The notes: generated by a model not told the origin, from the letters alone. Shown: positions 17,144 through 27,106, counted from the first letter of the stretch. The stretch is 32,000 nucleotides of DNA from Flavobacteriaceae bacterium (GCA_965224465.1 OZ245049.1:3150001-3182000); one strand, 5' to 3'. Numbers and translations are program-made.

Positions 17144-17236
17144 CAAAAGCTTAACATTGGAATAGGTGAAAAACAATAAAACAAGACAGGTAAAAGCTTG
17201 TGTTTTATAGTGTTGACATCTAATGTTAAGCTTTTG
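17144..17236. other. 93-bp element bounded by a 15-bp perfect inverted repeat
   Basis: CAAAAGCTTAACATT (17144-17158) is the exact reverse complement of AATGTTAAGCTTTTG (17222-17236). The inner ATAAAACA / TGTTTTAT could form a nested stem. It lies between the MORN-gene start and the nrdA terminator. Confidence 0.5.
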
Positions 17237-17241
17237 ATCTC

Positions 17242-17282
17242 AAAAGAGTCCCCCTTACCTTATTTAATAAAGTAAAGGGCTC
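17242..17282 (-). terminator. probable intrinsic terminator of nrdA
   Basis: On the minus strand, GAGCCCTTTAC...GTAAGGGGGACTC forms an imperfect stem of about 12-15 bp, followed by TTTT (plus-strand A4 at 17242-17245). Confidence 0.5.
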
Positions 17283-17314
17283 TTTAGAGGGGGTAGTTGT
17301 ACTACAGTATTTTT

Positions 17315-17340
17315 AAGCCGTCATTTAGGAATGTATTTGG
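17315..17340 (+). repeat. MITE-like repeat, copy G (3'-end fragment only)
   Basis: AAGCCGTCATTTAGGAATGTATTTGG matches the 3' terminus AAACCGTCACTTGGAAATGTATTTGG of copy A. It ends 8 nt from the nrdA stop codon. Confidence 0.55.
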
Positions 17341-17348
17341 TTTTACAG

Positions 17349-19727
17349 TTAAGACCCACACATTTCGCAATCGTCGGGATTGTTTTGGGATGCGGTAAGC
17401 ATGGATTTTAATTCTTCTGGGGATAAGGAGGTTTCCTTATCTTTCTTTTTTGATACGGTGAATTGTATGGCGTTTACGGCGCTTTTGGTTCTCAAATAAT
17501 ACATGCCTGTTTTTAATCCAGATTTCCAAGCGTAAAAATGCATGGAAGTTAATTTGGCAAAATTCGGTTCTTGCATAAATAAGTTTAAGGATTGTGACTG
17601 GTCTATAAAATAGCCGCGTTGCCTGGACATGTCAATAATGTCTTTCATGCTCATTTCCCATACTGTTTTGTACAAGTCTTTTAATTCTTGAGGAATAATG
17701 TCTATGTGTTGGATGGAGCCATTGGCACGCATAATGTCTTCTTTCATATCGTTGTTCCACAGGTTCAGTGCTACGAGGTCTTCTAGTAGGTGTTTGTTGA
17801 CCACAATAAACTCTCCTGAAAGTACGCGGCGCGTATATATGTTAGAAGTATAAGGTTCAAAGGCTTCGTTGTTTCCTAGGATTTGGGAGGTAGATGCTGT
17901 AGGCATAGGAGCGACTAATAAGGAGTTTCTCAGTCCGTTTTTTACCACTTCTTTGCGTAGCTTTTTCCAGTCCCAACGTCCGCTTAAATCATCTTCAGAA
18001 ATGTTCCACATGTTAAATTGAAATTCTCCTTTACTCATGGGTGATCCTTTGAAAGTAGAATATGCTTCTTTTGAGGTTGCCATTTCCATGGATGCGGTAA
18101 CCGCTGCAAAGTAGATGGTTTCAAATATGTCACTGTTTAAGCTCTTGGCGGCATCGCTGGTAAATGGCATTCGAAGCATTATAAACGCATCCGCCAATCC
18201 TTGAATTCCTAATCCGATAGGGCGGTGACGCATGTTTGAGTTTTCGGCTTCTTTTACGGGATAGTAATTTCTATCGATAACAGTGTCTAGGTTGTTTGTA
18301 ATTTTCTTGGTGATTTTAAATAGGTGTTCATGGTTGAAGAATTTTTCTCCCTGTTCGTTTTCTTCAATAAACATTGGCAAGGCGATAGAAGCTAAATTAC
18401 AAACGGCAATTTCGTCTTTGGCTGTGTACTCTATAATTTCAGTACATAAATTTGAAGATCTAATTACGCCTAAATTTTTCTGGTTGGATTTACGATTGGC
18501 TGCGTCTTTGTAAAGCATATATGGGTTTCCCGTTTCTATTTGTGCTTCTAGTATTTTTTCCCATAAGAGACGTGCTTTGATTGTTTTTCTCCCTTTTCCT
18601 TCTTTTTCGTAGCGCGTGTAAAGTGCTTCAAATTCATCTCCGTATACATTGTATAGATTGGGGCATTCGTTTGGACACATAAGCGTCCATGCTGCATTTT
18701 CCTCCACGCGTTTCATAAATAAATCAGAAATCCACATGGCTAAAAATAAATCTCTTGCGCGCATTTCTTCTTTTCCTGTATTCTTTTTTAGGTCTAAAAA
18801 GTCAAAAACATCGGCATGCCATGGTTCTAAGTATATGGCAAATGATCCCTTTCGTTTTCCTCCTCCTTGATCTACATACCTAGCGGTATCGTTGTACACT
18901 TTTAGCATGGGTACAATTCCATTAGAAGTCCCGTTTGTACCTCTGATATAGGATCCTGTTGCGCGAATGTTGTGGATAGAAATTCCGATTCCGCCAGCCG
19001 ATTGAGAAATTTTAGCGGTCTGTTTTAGGGTGTCGTAGATTCCGTCTATACTATCGTCTTGCATTTGTAATAAAAAACAAGAAGACATTTGAGGTTTTGG
19101 AGTTCCCGAATTAAATAGGGTAGGAGTTGCATGGGTAAAGTACTTCTTAGACATTAATTCGTATGTAGCGATAGCTTCGTCAATGTCTTCTTTGTGAATT
19201 CCTATTGCCACACGCATCAACATGTGTTGTGGACGCTCTGCAATGTGTCCGTTTAGTTTTAACAAGTAACTTCTTTCGAGTGTTTTAAAACCAAAATAAT
19301 CATAGTTGAAATCGCGATTATAGATAATGGTGGAGTCTAATTTTGCGGCATTTTTTTTGATGATTTCGTGGACGTCATCTGCAAGTAATGGTGCTTTTTG
19401 ACCTGTGCGAGGACTTATGTATGTGTATAAGTCCGTCATAACTTCGGAAAATGATTTCTTGGTATTCTTATGTAGGTTGGATACGGAAATTCTAGCTGCG
19501 AGCTTTGCGTAATCTGGATGTTGAACAGTCATGGTTGCTGCTATTTCTGCTGCCAAATTATCCAACTCCGAAGTGGTCACTCCGTCGTACAATCCTTCAA
19601 TCACGCGCATGGCTACTTTTACAGGGTCTACTAGACTGTTCAGTCCGTAGCACATTTTTCGTACTCTTGCTGTAATCTTATCAAACATTACGGGTTCTTT
19701 TCCTCCATTTCTTTTTAATACGTACAT
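17349..19727 (-). CDS. nrdA: ribonucleoside-diphosphate reductase alpha subunit (class I, eukaryote-like)
   Basis: ATP-cone start [20 protein letters not shown]. Catalytic motifs [15 protein letters not shown] and [17 protein letters not shown]-terminal redox pair CEMCGS. 792 aa. Confidence 0.95.
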   Translation of the reverse strand: MYVLKRNGGKEPVMFDKITARVRKMCYGLNSLVDPVKVAMRVIEGLYDGVTTSELDNLAAEIAATMTVQHPDYAKLAARISVSNLHKNTKKSFSEVMTDLYTYISPRTGQKAPLLADDVHEIIKKNAAKLDSTIIYNRDFNYDYFGFKTLERSYLLKLNGHIAERPQHMLMRVAIGIHKEDIDEAIATYELMSKKYFTHATPTLFNSGTPKPQMSSCFLLQMQDDSIDGIYDTLKQTAKISQSAGGIGISIHNIRATGSYIRGTNGTSNGIVPMLKVYNDTARYVDQGGGKRKGSFAIYLEPWHADVFDFLDLKKNTGKEEMRARDLFLAMWISDLFMKRVEENAAWTLMCPNECPNLYNVYGDEFEALYTRYEKEGKGRKTIKARLLWEKILEAQIETGNPYMLYKDAANRKSNQKNLGVIRSSNLCTEIIEYTAKDEIAVCNLASIALPMFIEENEQGEKFFNHEHLFKITKKITNNLDTVIDRNYYPVKEAENSNMRHRPIGLGIQGLADAFIMLRMPFTSDAAKSLNSDIFETIYFAAVTASMEMATSKEAYSTFKGSPMSKGEFQFNMWNISEDDLSGRWDWKKLRKEVVKNGLRNSLLVAPMPTASTSQILGNNEAFEPYTSNIYTRRVLSGEFIVVNKHLLEDLVALNLWNNDMKEDIMRANGSIQHIDIIPQELKDLYKTVWEMSMKDIIDMSRQRGYFIDQSQSLNLFMQEPNFAKLTSMHFYAWKSGLKTGMYYLRTKSAVNAIQFTVSKKKDKETSLSPEELKSMLTASQNNPDDCEMCGS

Positions 19728-19858
19728 CTGCTGTTATTTAGTTTTTAGAACACTTTTTTATGTTTGTTTCTAAAGTGTAGTCACAAGATAATCTTGAGCA
19801 TACATGCTTTTGGTAAACATATTGTAAGTGCTGCTTATTTGTTAGTTTAGTCTTATAT

Positions 19859-20012
19859 CAATATCAATTCAAAATAACCGATATGAATAGTTTATTTTAC
19901 GTGCGGGTGTTGTTGAAAAACAGAACGATAGCTAAGGCTATCCTTAGATTTCCCGCCTAGCTAGAACAAAAAATAATTCCATTTCTAAACCGTTACTTGG
20001 AAATGTATTGGG
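19859..20012 (+). repeat. MITE-like repeat, copy B (full length, 154 bp) inside the nrdB-nrdA spacer
   Basis: Colinear with copy A throughout: ...CAAAATAACCGATATGAATAGTTTATTTTACGTGCGGGTGTTGTTGAAAAACAGAACGATAGCTAAGGCTATCCTTAG...CGCCTAGCTAGAACAAAAAATAATTCCATTTCTAAACCGTTACTTGGAAATGTATTGGG. It is antisense to the nrd genes. Confidence 0.85.
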
Positions 20013-20068
20013 TCTTATTAAAAGACGATGATTGTTTTAGCGTACTTGTTTTTTTTGTGGAGATATTG

Positions 20069-21040
20069 TTAAAAATCTGCATCAAAACCTATTGCTCCTG
20101 TTCCACCGCTTTTTACACCTGCTTTTTGATATTCCGAAACGCGTTTTTCAAAGAAGTTTGTTTTTCCTTCGAGTGATATCATTTCCATAAAATCAAAGGG
20201 ATTACTGACATTGTATACTTTTTCACATTCAAATTCTAACAACAAACGATCCGTTACAAATTCCAAGTATTGGGTCATGAGTTTAGCATTCATTCCGATT
20301 AAGCTGACGGGTAAAGACTCTGTAATAAATCTGCGCTCAATATCTAATGCATTTGTTAAAATATGTGTAATGCGTTCTTTTGGAACTTTATTGATAATGT
20401 GGTGGTTGTGTAAGTGAACCGCAAAGTCACAGTGTAGGCCTTCATCTCTAGAAATTAGTTCGTTAGAAAATGTGAGTCCAGGTAGTAAACCGCGTTTTTT
20501 AAGCCAAAATATAGAACAAAAACTACCTGAAAAGAAAATGCCTTCTACGGCGGCAAAAGCAATCAATCGTTCTGCAAAACTTGGACTGTCTATCCAGTTA
20601 AGTGCCCAATCTGCTTTTTCTTTGATTGCTGGGAAATGGTCTATAGCAGTAAATAATTCAGATTTCTCAGCTTCGTTTTTCACATAGGTATCTATCAATA
20701 AAGAATATACTTCTGAGTGGATGTTTTCCATCATGATTTGAAAACCATAAAAGAATTTTGCTTCTGGGTATTGAACCTCAGACACAAAATTTTCTGCTAA
20801 GTTCTCGTTTACAATGCCGTCAGATGCTGCAAAAAAGGCTAGGATATGTTTGATAAAATAGCGTTCGTCATCCGTTAATTTGGTTTCCCAATCAATTACA
20901 TCTTGGTGTAAGTCTATTTCTTCAGCAGTCCAGATACTAGCTTCTTGTTTTTTGTACCATTCCCATAAATCGTGATGTTGGATAGGGAAAATAACGAATC
21001 GGTTTTTGTTTTCTTGTAGTATAGGTTCAATAGCTGGCAT
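20069..21040 (-). CDS. nrdB: ribonucleoside-diphosphate reductase beta subunit (class I, eukaryote-like)
   Basis: Metal and radical-site motifs [18 protein letters not shown] and [11 protein letters not shown]-terminal FDADF tail like eukaryotic R2. 323 aa. Confidence 0.95.
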   Translation of the reverse strand: MPAIEPILQENKNRFVIFPIQHHDLWEWYKKQEASIWTAEEIDLHQDVIDWETKLTDDERYFIKHILAFFAASDGIVNENLAENFVSEVQYPEAKFFYGFQIMMENIHSEVYSLLIDTYVKNEAEKSELFTAIDHFPAIKEKADWALNWIDSPSFAERLIAFAAVEGIFFSGSFCSIFWLKKRGLLPGLTFSNELISRDEGLHCDFAVHLHNHHIINKVPKERITHILTNALDIERRFITESLPVSLIGMNAKLMTQYLEFVTDRLLLEFECEKVYNVSNPFDFMEMISLEGKTNFFEKRVSEYQKAGVKSGGTGAIGFDADF

Positions 21041-21106
21041 CGTTTTGTTTTAAGTGGTCGTTTTTAGTTTTACAAAGATTGTCATTTTTTTTTAATAAAA
21101 CTAAGG

Positions 21107-21140
21107 TGACTTATTCACAATGCCCTATGACTTATTCACA
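21107..21140 (-). promoter_or_regulatory. 13-bp perfect direct repeat upstream of nrdB (candidate operator)
   Basis: TGACTTATTCACA occurs at 21107-21119 and again at 21128-21140 (21-bp period), 67-100 nt upstream of the nrdB ATG. On the gene strand each reads TGTGAATAAGTCA and contains TGA-N5-TCA dyad symmetry. Confidence 0.45.
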
Positions 21141-21349
21141 GTTTTGAGTATTTTAAGAGTGCTGTATGTTTTATAAAATGTTGTAAATAAGTAATTTATG
21201 TTTGTGCTTATTGGTTTTTTGCTGTGTGGTTTTGCGTTTTGTACAAGGTTGGTGTGTGAAATGTTTATTGTAAAATTAAATAATTATTCCGTTCTTTATA
21301 ATAGTTATAAATAAGGATAGTAATTTTCGAATTAGTATAAACTCAGTTA

Positions 21350-21432
21350 GACCGATGGCTATCCATCCATTTATCGCCTAGCTAAAACATAAAATAATTC
21401 ATTTCTAAACCGTCTCTTGGAAATGTATTTGG
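21350..21432 (+). repeat. MITE-like repeat, copy C (3' half clear; 5' half diverged)
   Basis: GACCGATGGCTATCCATCCATTTATCGCCTAGCTAAAACATAAAATAATTCATTTCTAAACCGTCTCTTGGAAATGTATTTGG aligns with the 3' 85 bp of copy A. Weak similarity may extend upstream to about 21305. Confidence 0.75.
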
Positions 21433-21777
21433 TATTGTTGTTTTAGAAAGGATGCGTTGGTATCTCGCTCGTTTATTTTGGGCAGTGGAATTGTACTGCT
21501 CTCTTAATTTTTATAAACACCCGTAAAAGGGGAACATCGTTTTGTGTTTAAAAGGGAACGGATTTTCGGAAGTGTGTTTTGTCCCCTTGGGTTGAGCTTA
21601 TTGATTTATAGCGTTTAAATTTTTGAGAATTAACTATTTCCATCTTGTTGGCGTTTGTGGTTTTATTTTGAGGCTTTATTGTTTTACATTTCTTAAAAAA
21701 TGTGTATTTTTCACGAATCTAAAGAATGAAGCTGTTTTCTATTGATTGGGACGGTTAATTGCTATACTATCAACAAG

Positions 21778-24207
21778 ATGCATATAAATAAAGAATTAGA
21801 ATTAGCGTTTGATTTTATCGAAAAAACAGATCGTAACGTTTTTTTGACGGGAAAAGCAGGGACAGGAAAAACCACTTTTTTACATCGCTTAAAAAGCACA
21901 ACACTTAAACGTATGGTAGTTGTAGCTCCTACGGGTGTGGCAGCTATTAATGCGAAAGGGGTGACTATCCATTCGTTTTTTCAAATGCCTTTTGGACCTA
22001 TTATCCCTGGCCAAACCAGAGATAAACAGGCGCAGCAACGAAAGTTTAATAAAAAGAAAATAGATATTATACGTTCGTTGGATCTGGTGGTTATAGATGA
22101 AATTAGTATGGTACGTGCCGATTTACTGGATGGGATAGACCAAGTGTTACGGCGTTATAAGGACAGGAACAAGGTGTTTGGTGGTGCGCAGATTTTGATG
22201 ATTGGCGATTTGCAGCAATTGTCTCCTGTAGTGAGACCTAACGAATGGGAATTGTTAAAACCCTACTATGATACCATGTACTTTTTTAGCAGTAAATCTT
22301 TTATGTCTTCCAATGCTATAAGTATTGAGTTGACTCATATTTACCGTCAAGATAATCAGGAGTTTATCGCTATTTTGAACGAAATCAGAAATAATAATTT
22401 ATCAGAATCCTCAGCGTTAATTTTAAACAAGCGATTCAATCCAGATTTTGAACCCAAAAAAGAGGAAGGATATATTACGTTGACTACGCATAATTATCGT
22501 GCAGATGTTATGAATAATACGGCTTTGGAGAAGCTAAAAACATCGGTGCGAAAATTTACGGCGTCCATAGAAGGAGATTTTAGAGAACATGCCTATCCTA
22601 CTGCAGAATTATTAACATTAAAAGTAGGGGCGCAAGTGATGTTTATTAAAAATGATAGCAGCCCAGAAAAGCGTTATTTTAACGGGAAAATTGGTGTGAT
22701 TACCTATATGGATTCTGACACTGTTACCGTGCAATGTGCGAATGAATCAGAACCTATTGATGCAGGGATTGAGAAATGGGAAAATATTTCTTATACCTTG
22801 GATGGTGTGACCAAAGAAATCTCTGAGAATGTGATTGGAGAATTTTCTCAAATTCCTTTGCGTTTGGCTTGGGCAATTACGATTCATAAAAGCCAAGGAC
22901 TTACCTTTGATAAGGCAATTATTGATGCGGAAGCTTCTTTTGCTCACGGACAAACCTATGTTGCCCTGAGTAGGTGCAAGACCTTGGAAGGGATTGTTTT
23001 AAAAAGTAAAATAGGAGCATCTAGTATTATTTCTGATGTGACCGTTAAAACCTTTACAGAAGACATTGCTGAAAATATACCGGACAATCAGGATTTAAAG
23101 AATTCGGAGAAGGCCTATGAATTGAATTTAATAGCAGAGCTTTTTGATTATTATCCGTTTTTGTATCCTATAAAACGTTTGTTAGATATTTATTTTACGA
23201 ATAAAACGAGTTTCCAAGGTTTAGTACAAGAGCCCTTAGAAACAATTAAAGACAATGGTGTTGCTGCTTTGTTAAAAGTGAGTACAGGATTTAAACGAGA
23301 ATTATTGCGGTTAAATGATCAACCAAATAGTCCAGAAGTTGAAGCATTGTTTAAGGAGCGTTTTGTAAAAGGTGTAGCGTATTTTATAGCGCAAACCAAA
23401 TTGAATATTACGGAACCGCTGTCTACACTTAATTTTTCGATAGAAAATACCGCAGTAAAAACCGATTTTAACAAACAGTTGCAACTGCTAGAACAACTGG
23501 TAAACATAAAAAAAGTTTGTTTAAATGCGATGACAGACGGTTTTGAGCGAAATAAATACATTGCTACTCGTGTAAAAGCAGTGTTAGATACTCCTAAAAA
23601 AGCAAGTGTTGTAAGAGTTATTGCTGACCATTCAAAACATCCGAAATTGATGATTTCTTTAAAGTTATTACGGACAAAAGTTTCCAACAAAGAAGATGTT
23701 CCTCCGTTTCAAATTTTTACCCAAAAATCTTTGTTTGAAATGTGTGATGTCTTACCTGTAACTCCAGAACAATTGCGTAAAGTAAATGGAATGGGGAAAA
23801 TTAGGGTGCAAAAATATGGTTCGGCTATTATAGCTATTATAAATCAATATTGTGCTACGAATGATTTATCTACAGCAACGGAAGTCCAGCCAGAACTAGA
23901 GCTCGCTCCTGTTTCTAACAAAACGGACACTAAAAAGGTATCTTTAAAAATGTTTAAAGACGGGATGTCGGTAATAGATATTGCTAAAAACAGAGGGTTT
24001 GTAGCGTCTACAATTACAGGGCATTTGGCACACTATATTCCAACAGGAGAGATAGAGGTGTTAGATTTAATTGGGAAAAATCGTTACGAGAAACTTAAAA
24101 CACTTATTCTAAAAACAAAGTTTGAAACGTTGTCTGAATTAAAAAATAAGCTAGGTGATGGATTTGAATATGGAGAACTACGTTTGGTTTTGGGTAGTAT
24201 GTCTTAG
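21778..24207 (+). CDS. Pif1/RecD-like SF1 helicase with C-terminal HRDC-like and helicase-HTH domains
   Basis: Walker A GKAGTGKTT, Walker B VVIDEISMV, and ITIHKSQGLTF...TYVALSRC. The C-terminal PFQIFTQKSLFEMCDVLPVTPEQLRKVNGMGKIRVQKYG is HRDC-like and MSVIDIAKNRGFVASTITGHLAHYI is an HTH. The track starts at TTG 21742; the ATG at 21778 (MHINKELELAFDFIEKT) is more plausible. Confidence 0.85.
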   Translation: MHINKELELAFDFIEKTDRNVFLTGKAGTGKTTFLHRLKSTTLKRMVVVAPTGVAAINAKGVTIHSFFQMPFGPIIPGQTRDKQAQQRKFNKKKIDIIRSLDLVVIDEISMVRADLLDGIDQVLRRYKDRNKVFGGAQILMIGDLQQLSPVVRPNEWELLKPYYDTMYFFSSKSFMSSNAISIELTHIYRQDNQEFIAILNEIRNNNLSESSALILNKRFNPDFEPKKEEGYITLTTHNYRADVMNNTALEKLKTSVRKFTASIEGDFREHAYPTAELLTLKVGAQVMFIKNDSSPEKRYFNGKIGVITYMDSDTVTVQCANESEPIDAGIEKWENISYTLDGVTKEISENVIGEFSQIPLRLAWAITIHKSQGLTFDKAIIDAEASFAHGQTYVALSRCKTLEGIVLKSKIGASSIISDVTVKTFTEDIAENIPDNQDLKNSEKAYELNLIAELFDYYPFLYPIKRLLDIYFTNKTSFQGLVQEPLETIKDNGVAALLKVSTGFKRELLRLNDQPNSPEVEALFKERFVKGVAYFIAQTKLNITEPLSTLNFSIENTAVKTDFNKQLQLLEQLVNIKKVCLNAMTDGFERNKYIATRVKAVLDTPKKASVVRVIADHSKHPKLMISLKLLRTKVSNKEDVPPFQIFTQKSLFEMCDVLPVTPEQLRKVNGMGKIRVQKYGSAIIAIINQYCATNDLSTATEVQPELELAPVSNKTDTKKVSLKMFKDGMSVIDIAKNRGFVASTITGHLAHYIPTGEIEVLDLIGKNRYEKLKTLILKTKFETLSELKNKLGDGFEYGELRLVLGSMS

Positions 24208-24215
24208 GGTGGTTC

Positions 24216-25805
24216 TTAAATAGTTGATGGTTTTTTTTGGTTTGGAAGTGTGAAATTAAAAGAGGTGCCTTTTTTTAATACACTCTCCACCCAAATTCTT
24301 CCTTGGTGTTTTTCTATAAAATCTTTGGTTAGAATTAAGCCAAGTCCTGTTCCTTTTTCTCCATGAGTACCTGTGGTTTTATGAATGTATTCATAATTAA
24401 AAAGTGTTGCAATGCGCTCCTTAGAGATTCCTATTCCATTGTCAGATATTTTTATAATTAGCTCGTTATTTGTATTTGTACATGAAAGCTCTATGCGGCT
24501 GTTTTTGTGACTGTATTTGATGGCGTTTGATATTAAGTTTCTCAAAATTGTATTGAGCATATCTTTGTCTGCAAAGACTTCTAAATGATTGTTTTGTAAG
24601 GCGGTTTTTAGTTCTATTCCCTTGTGCATAGATTGGTATTTTAATACTTGTAACACGGTGTTAAATGCTTCTGAAATTCGAATATTTTTTGGCTCAAAAG
24701 GAAGGCTCCCTTTTTGCACTTGGGTCCATTCTAAAAGGTTTTGTAGCAAGTTAAAGGTGTTTTGAGAAACGTTTTTTATGATTTCTACAGATTCTCTTAC
24801 TTCAGGATCTTCGAGAACTGTCTGATCTTCAAGGAGTAGGTTGCTGAATCCAATTAGAGAATTAAACGGGCCTTTTAAATCATGTGCTATGATAGAAAAA
24901 AACAAATCTTTCGAGATGTTTAGCTCTTGTAAATCTTTGGTTATTTTTTTGTTGATAAAAAGGCTTTTTCGAAGCTCTTTTGTCCTGTTTTCTACGGTTG
25001 TTTTTAAGTGTAATATGGTTTCTTTTTTAAGCTGTAATGCCGATCGGATGATTAATCCAATGGTTACGATGATTAGGATCAGTGCGATTGAGGCTAAAAT
25101 TATAATTCTTTTAATTTTATGTTCCAAGTTGGATCGCTCCGTATTGGTTCTTAGTTCTATAAGTTCATATGCCTTATTAAGTTCTATCATTATTAGTGTT
25201 GTCTGACTATGGTAATGTTCAGAATTCACCAATTCGATGGCTGTTTTTTGATTTAGAATAGCGTCGTAGACCTGTTTTCCTTTTTGATTTCCATCTAGAA
25301 TATAAAATGCTGCTATTTCTAAATGTGTTAATGTTAGCGAATAATTAACAGCTTGTGTGATTATTTCTCCTTCTTGCTTTGTAAAACCCGCGGTAGCTAT
25401 GAGTTTTGATGTTGAGTTTTTAATTTTTTTAATAAATGGAGGTTCTTGATGGTTTTTTGTTGTTAGTAAACTCCAATATACACGGTTAAAATGTTGAGGT
25501 CTAGGAGATGTTCCTTTTCTTATATTTAGTATTTCAAAGTATTGGTTTCTGTACAGTGTATCCTTTGTATTGGTGTATAATCTAGCCAATCGTGTTAGGT
25601 TTTCAGAATTTTGACGGATTTCGTTTATTACTTTTTCAGACTTAAAAGTGTTCTTGGCTATTTTAGAATAGGTGTTTTGTTCTTGGTATATTTTGTAAAA
25701 AAAAGAAATGATAGCAAAAATAAATAGTCCTAGAAAAAGAATCTTAGAGATTAATTTCAGGTATACATCTTTATGGAATTTGAATTCAAGGCTTGTTGTT
25801 TTCAT
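24216..25805 (-). CDS. sensor histidine kinase (HisKA + HATPase_c) with an extracytoplasmic domain of about 190 aa
   Basis: Two TM segments (about residues 22-44 and 233-256). H-box FFSIIAHDLKGPFNSL, N-box LRNLISNAIKYS, G-boxes DNGIGI and GTGLGL. 529 aa. Confidence 0.9.
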   Translation of the reverse strand: MKTTSLEFKFHKDVYLKLISKILFLGLFIFAIISFFYKIYQEQNTYSKIAKNTFKSEKVINEIRQNSENLTRLARLYTNTKDTLYRNQYFEILNIRKGTSPRPQHFNRVYWSLLTTKNHQEPPFIKKIKNSTSKLIATAGFTKQEGEIITQAVNYSLTLTHLEIAAFYILDGNQKGKQVYDAILNQKTAIELVNSEHYHSQTTLIMIELNKAYELIELRTNTERSNLEHKIKRIIILASIALILIIVTIGLIIRSALQLKKETILHLKTTVENRTKELRKSLFINKKITKDLQELNISKDLFFSIIAHDLKGPFNSLIGFSNLLLEDQTVLEDPEVRESVEIIKNVSQNTFNLLQNLLEWTQVQKGSLPFEPKNIRISEAFNTVLQVLKYQSMHKGIELKTALQNNHLEVFADKDMLNTILRNLISNAIKYSHKNSRIELSCTNTNNELIIKISDNGIGISKERIATLFNYEYIHKTTGTHGEKGTGLGLILTKDFIEKHQGRIWVESVLKKGTSFNFTLPNQKKPSTI

Positions 25806-26353
25806 TAAAACACTTTTTGTAGTTGTATATAATTAAAATAACATTCTTTATGTACGCTCTTGACGTAGAAGGAACAATTTAAAAATAATAAAATTTATTT
25901 ATTGTAACAGGGAAGACAGAGGCGTCATATTTAAAAAAGCCAATATAGTAAACCGCTTTGTTATATGATAGATTTCTTTCATAAAATTAACAAATATTAA
26001 TTGTATGAGAATTGAGGTGTTTACGGGAGTCTATAAGTATTAAATCATGCAGTTATACCTTAAAACACATCGTTTATTACTTAAGCCCAGTAAAAACGTA
26101 CTATTATTTGTTGTTTTAATTTAATTAAGCGAATTCGTTTTCGTAGTTGAAATGATTATATTGCAACGTATTTAAAAAATATCTAAATATAAATATTGTC
26201 GTTTTTTTTAAACGTTCCCTTAAACAATGTATAATTCCTTATTAAGAAGTGATTGCTTTCTAACAGATACTTTTTAGGAAATATACCTTAGATCTAACTA
26301 TAAAGAAAGGTCTTGTTTTAATTAATGGAAGTATTTTTTATAAAACAAAAAAA

Positions 26354-27106
26354 ATGATAAGAGCCGTAATTATTGATGATGAACAAGTCAATATAAAATT
26401 GATAGCACGATTGTTAAAAAACAATTGTATGTCTGTAAATATTCTGGGTGTTTCAAATACAAAAGAAGAAGCAGTTAACCTAATCAATCAAGTGAGTCCA
26501 AACCTTATTTTTATGGATGTTAATTTGGATGCTTCTCATACTGGATTTGATGTATTGGAAGAAATTAATTCGTTAGATGCTAAGGTGATCTTTGTGACGT
26601 CTCATAACGAGTTTGCCATTAAAGCATTTGATTATAATACCATTGCTTATTTGGTGAAACCAATAGTAAAAATGGATTTGATTGTAGCTGTCAATAAGGC
26701 CATTCAGGAAATTGAAGATAAATCGTATACCAAAAACACCCAGTTACAAAGTCTTCGAGAGAGTTTGAATTCTGATGTCCGCCAGATTATAGCGGTTCCT
26801 ACAGTAAGAGATATAGAATTAATAAAAGTAAAAAACATTATTTATTTGTCTTCGGATAGTCGTTATACTCATTTTTTTATAAAAGGGGGGAAACATATCA
26901 TTTCGTCTAAAAATTTAGGGAAATATGAAAACTTAATCAGTGGAAATTTCTTTAGAATTCATGCCAAGTATTTTGTAAATGTAGATTATTTACACAAGAT
27001 ACATAAAGAGGTCGGTTCGTCTTATTGTGAAATGGAGACAGGTGATTTATTGACAATATCTCAACGTAAATATTCAGATTTTATGAAGTATTTACGTTTG
27101 AAGTAA
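26354..27106 (+). CDS. LytTR-family response regulator
   Basis: Receiver residues are intact: IIDDE, FMDVNL, VTSH, LVKPI. C-terminal LytTR region IIYLSSDSRYTHFF...FFRIHAKYFVNVDYL. 250 aa. Confidence 0.9.
   Translation: MIRAVIIDDEQVNIKLIARLLKNNCMSVNILGVSNTKEEAVNLINQVSPNLIFMDVNLDASHTGFDVLEEINSLDAKVIFVTSHNEFAIKAFDYNTIAYLVKPIVKMDLIVAVNKAIQEIEDKSYTKNTQLQSLRESLNSDVRQIIAVPTVRDIELIKVKNIIYLSSDSRYTHFFIKGGKHIISSKNLGKYENLISGNFFRIHAKYFVNVDYLHKIHKEVGSSYCEMETGDLLTISQRKYSDFMKYLRLK

Noticed and set aside
21440-21620. Possible cobalamin or other riboswitch in the long nrdB upstream region (AAAAGGGGAAC, AAAGGGAACGG, and a long-range AAGGGGA/TCCCCTT pairing).
   Set aside because: The purine-rich boxes are on the plus strand, while nrdB is on the minus strand. 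No B12-box-like element or conserved GCCACTG core is present. The pairing is short. A covariance-model scan would settle it.
21742-24207. Pif1-like helicase as part of a defence system (with the adjacent kinase).
   Set aside because: The Pif1 + HRDC + HTH architecture is a widespread core gene in Bacteroidota. The neighbouring kinase is convergent, and no nuclease, methylase or other defence hallmarks are nearby.
26047-26124. 25-aa ORF in the kinase / LytTR spacer as a signalling-peptide precursor.
   Set aside because: It has no leader-cleavage motif and no dedicated exporter gene nearby, and I cannot assess its conservation. It is mentioned only as a testable possibility in the findings.
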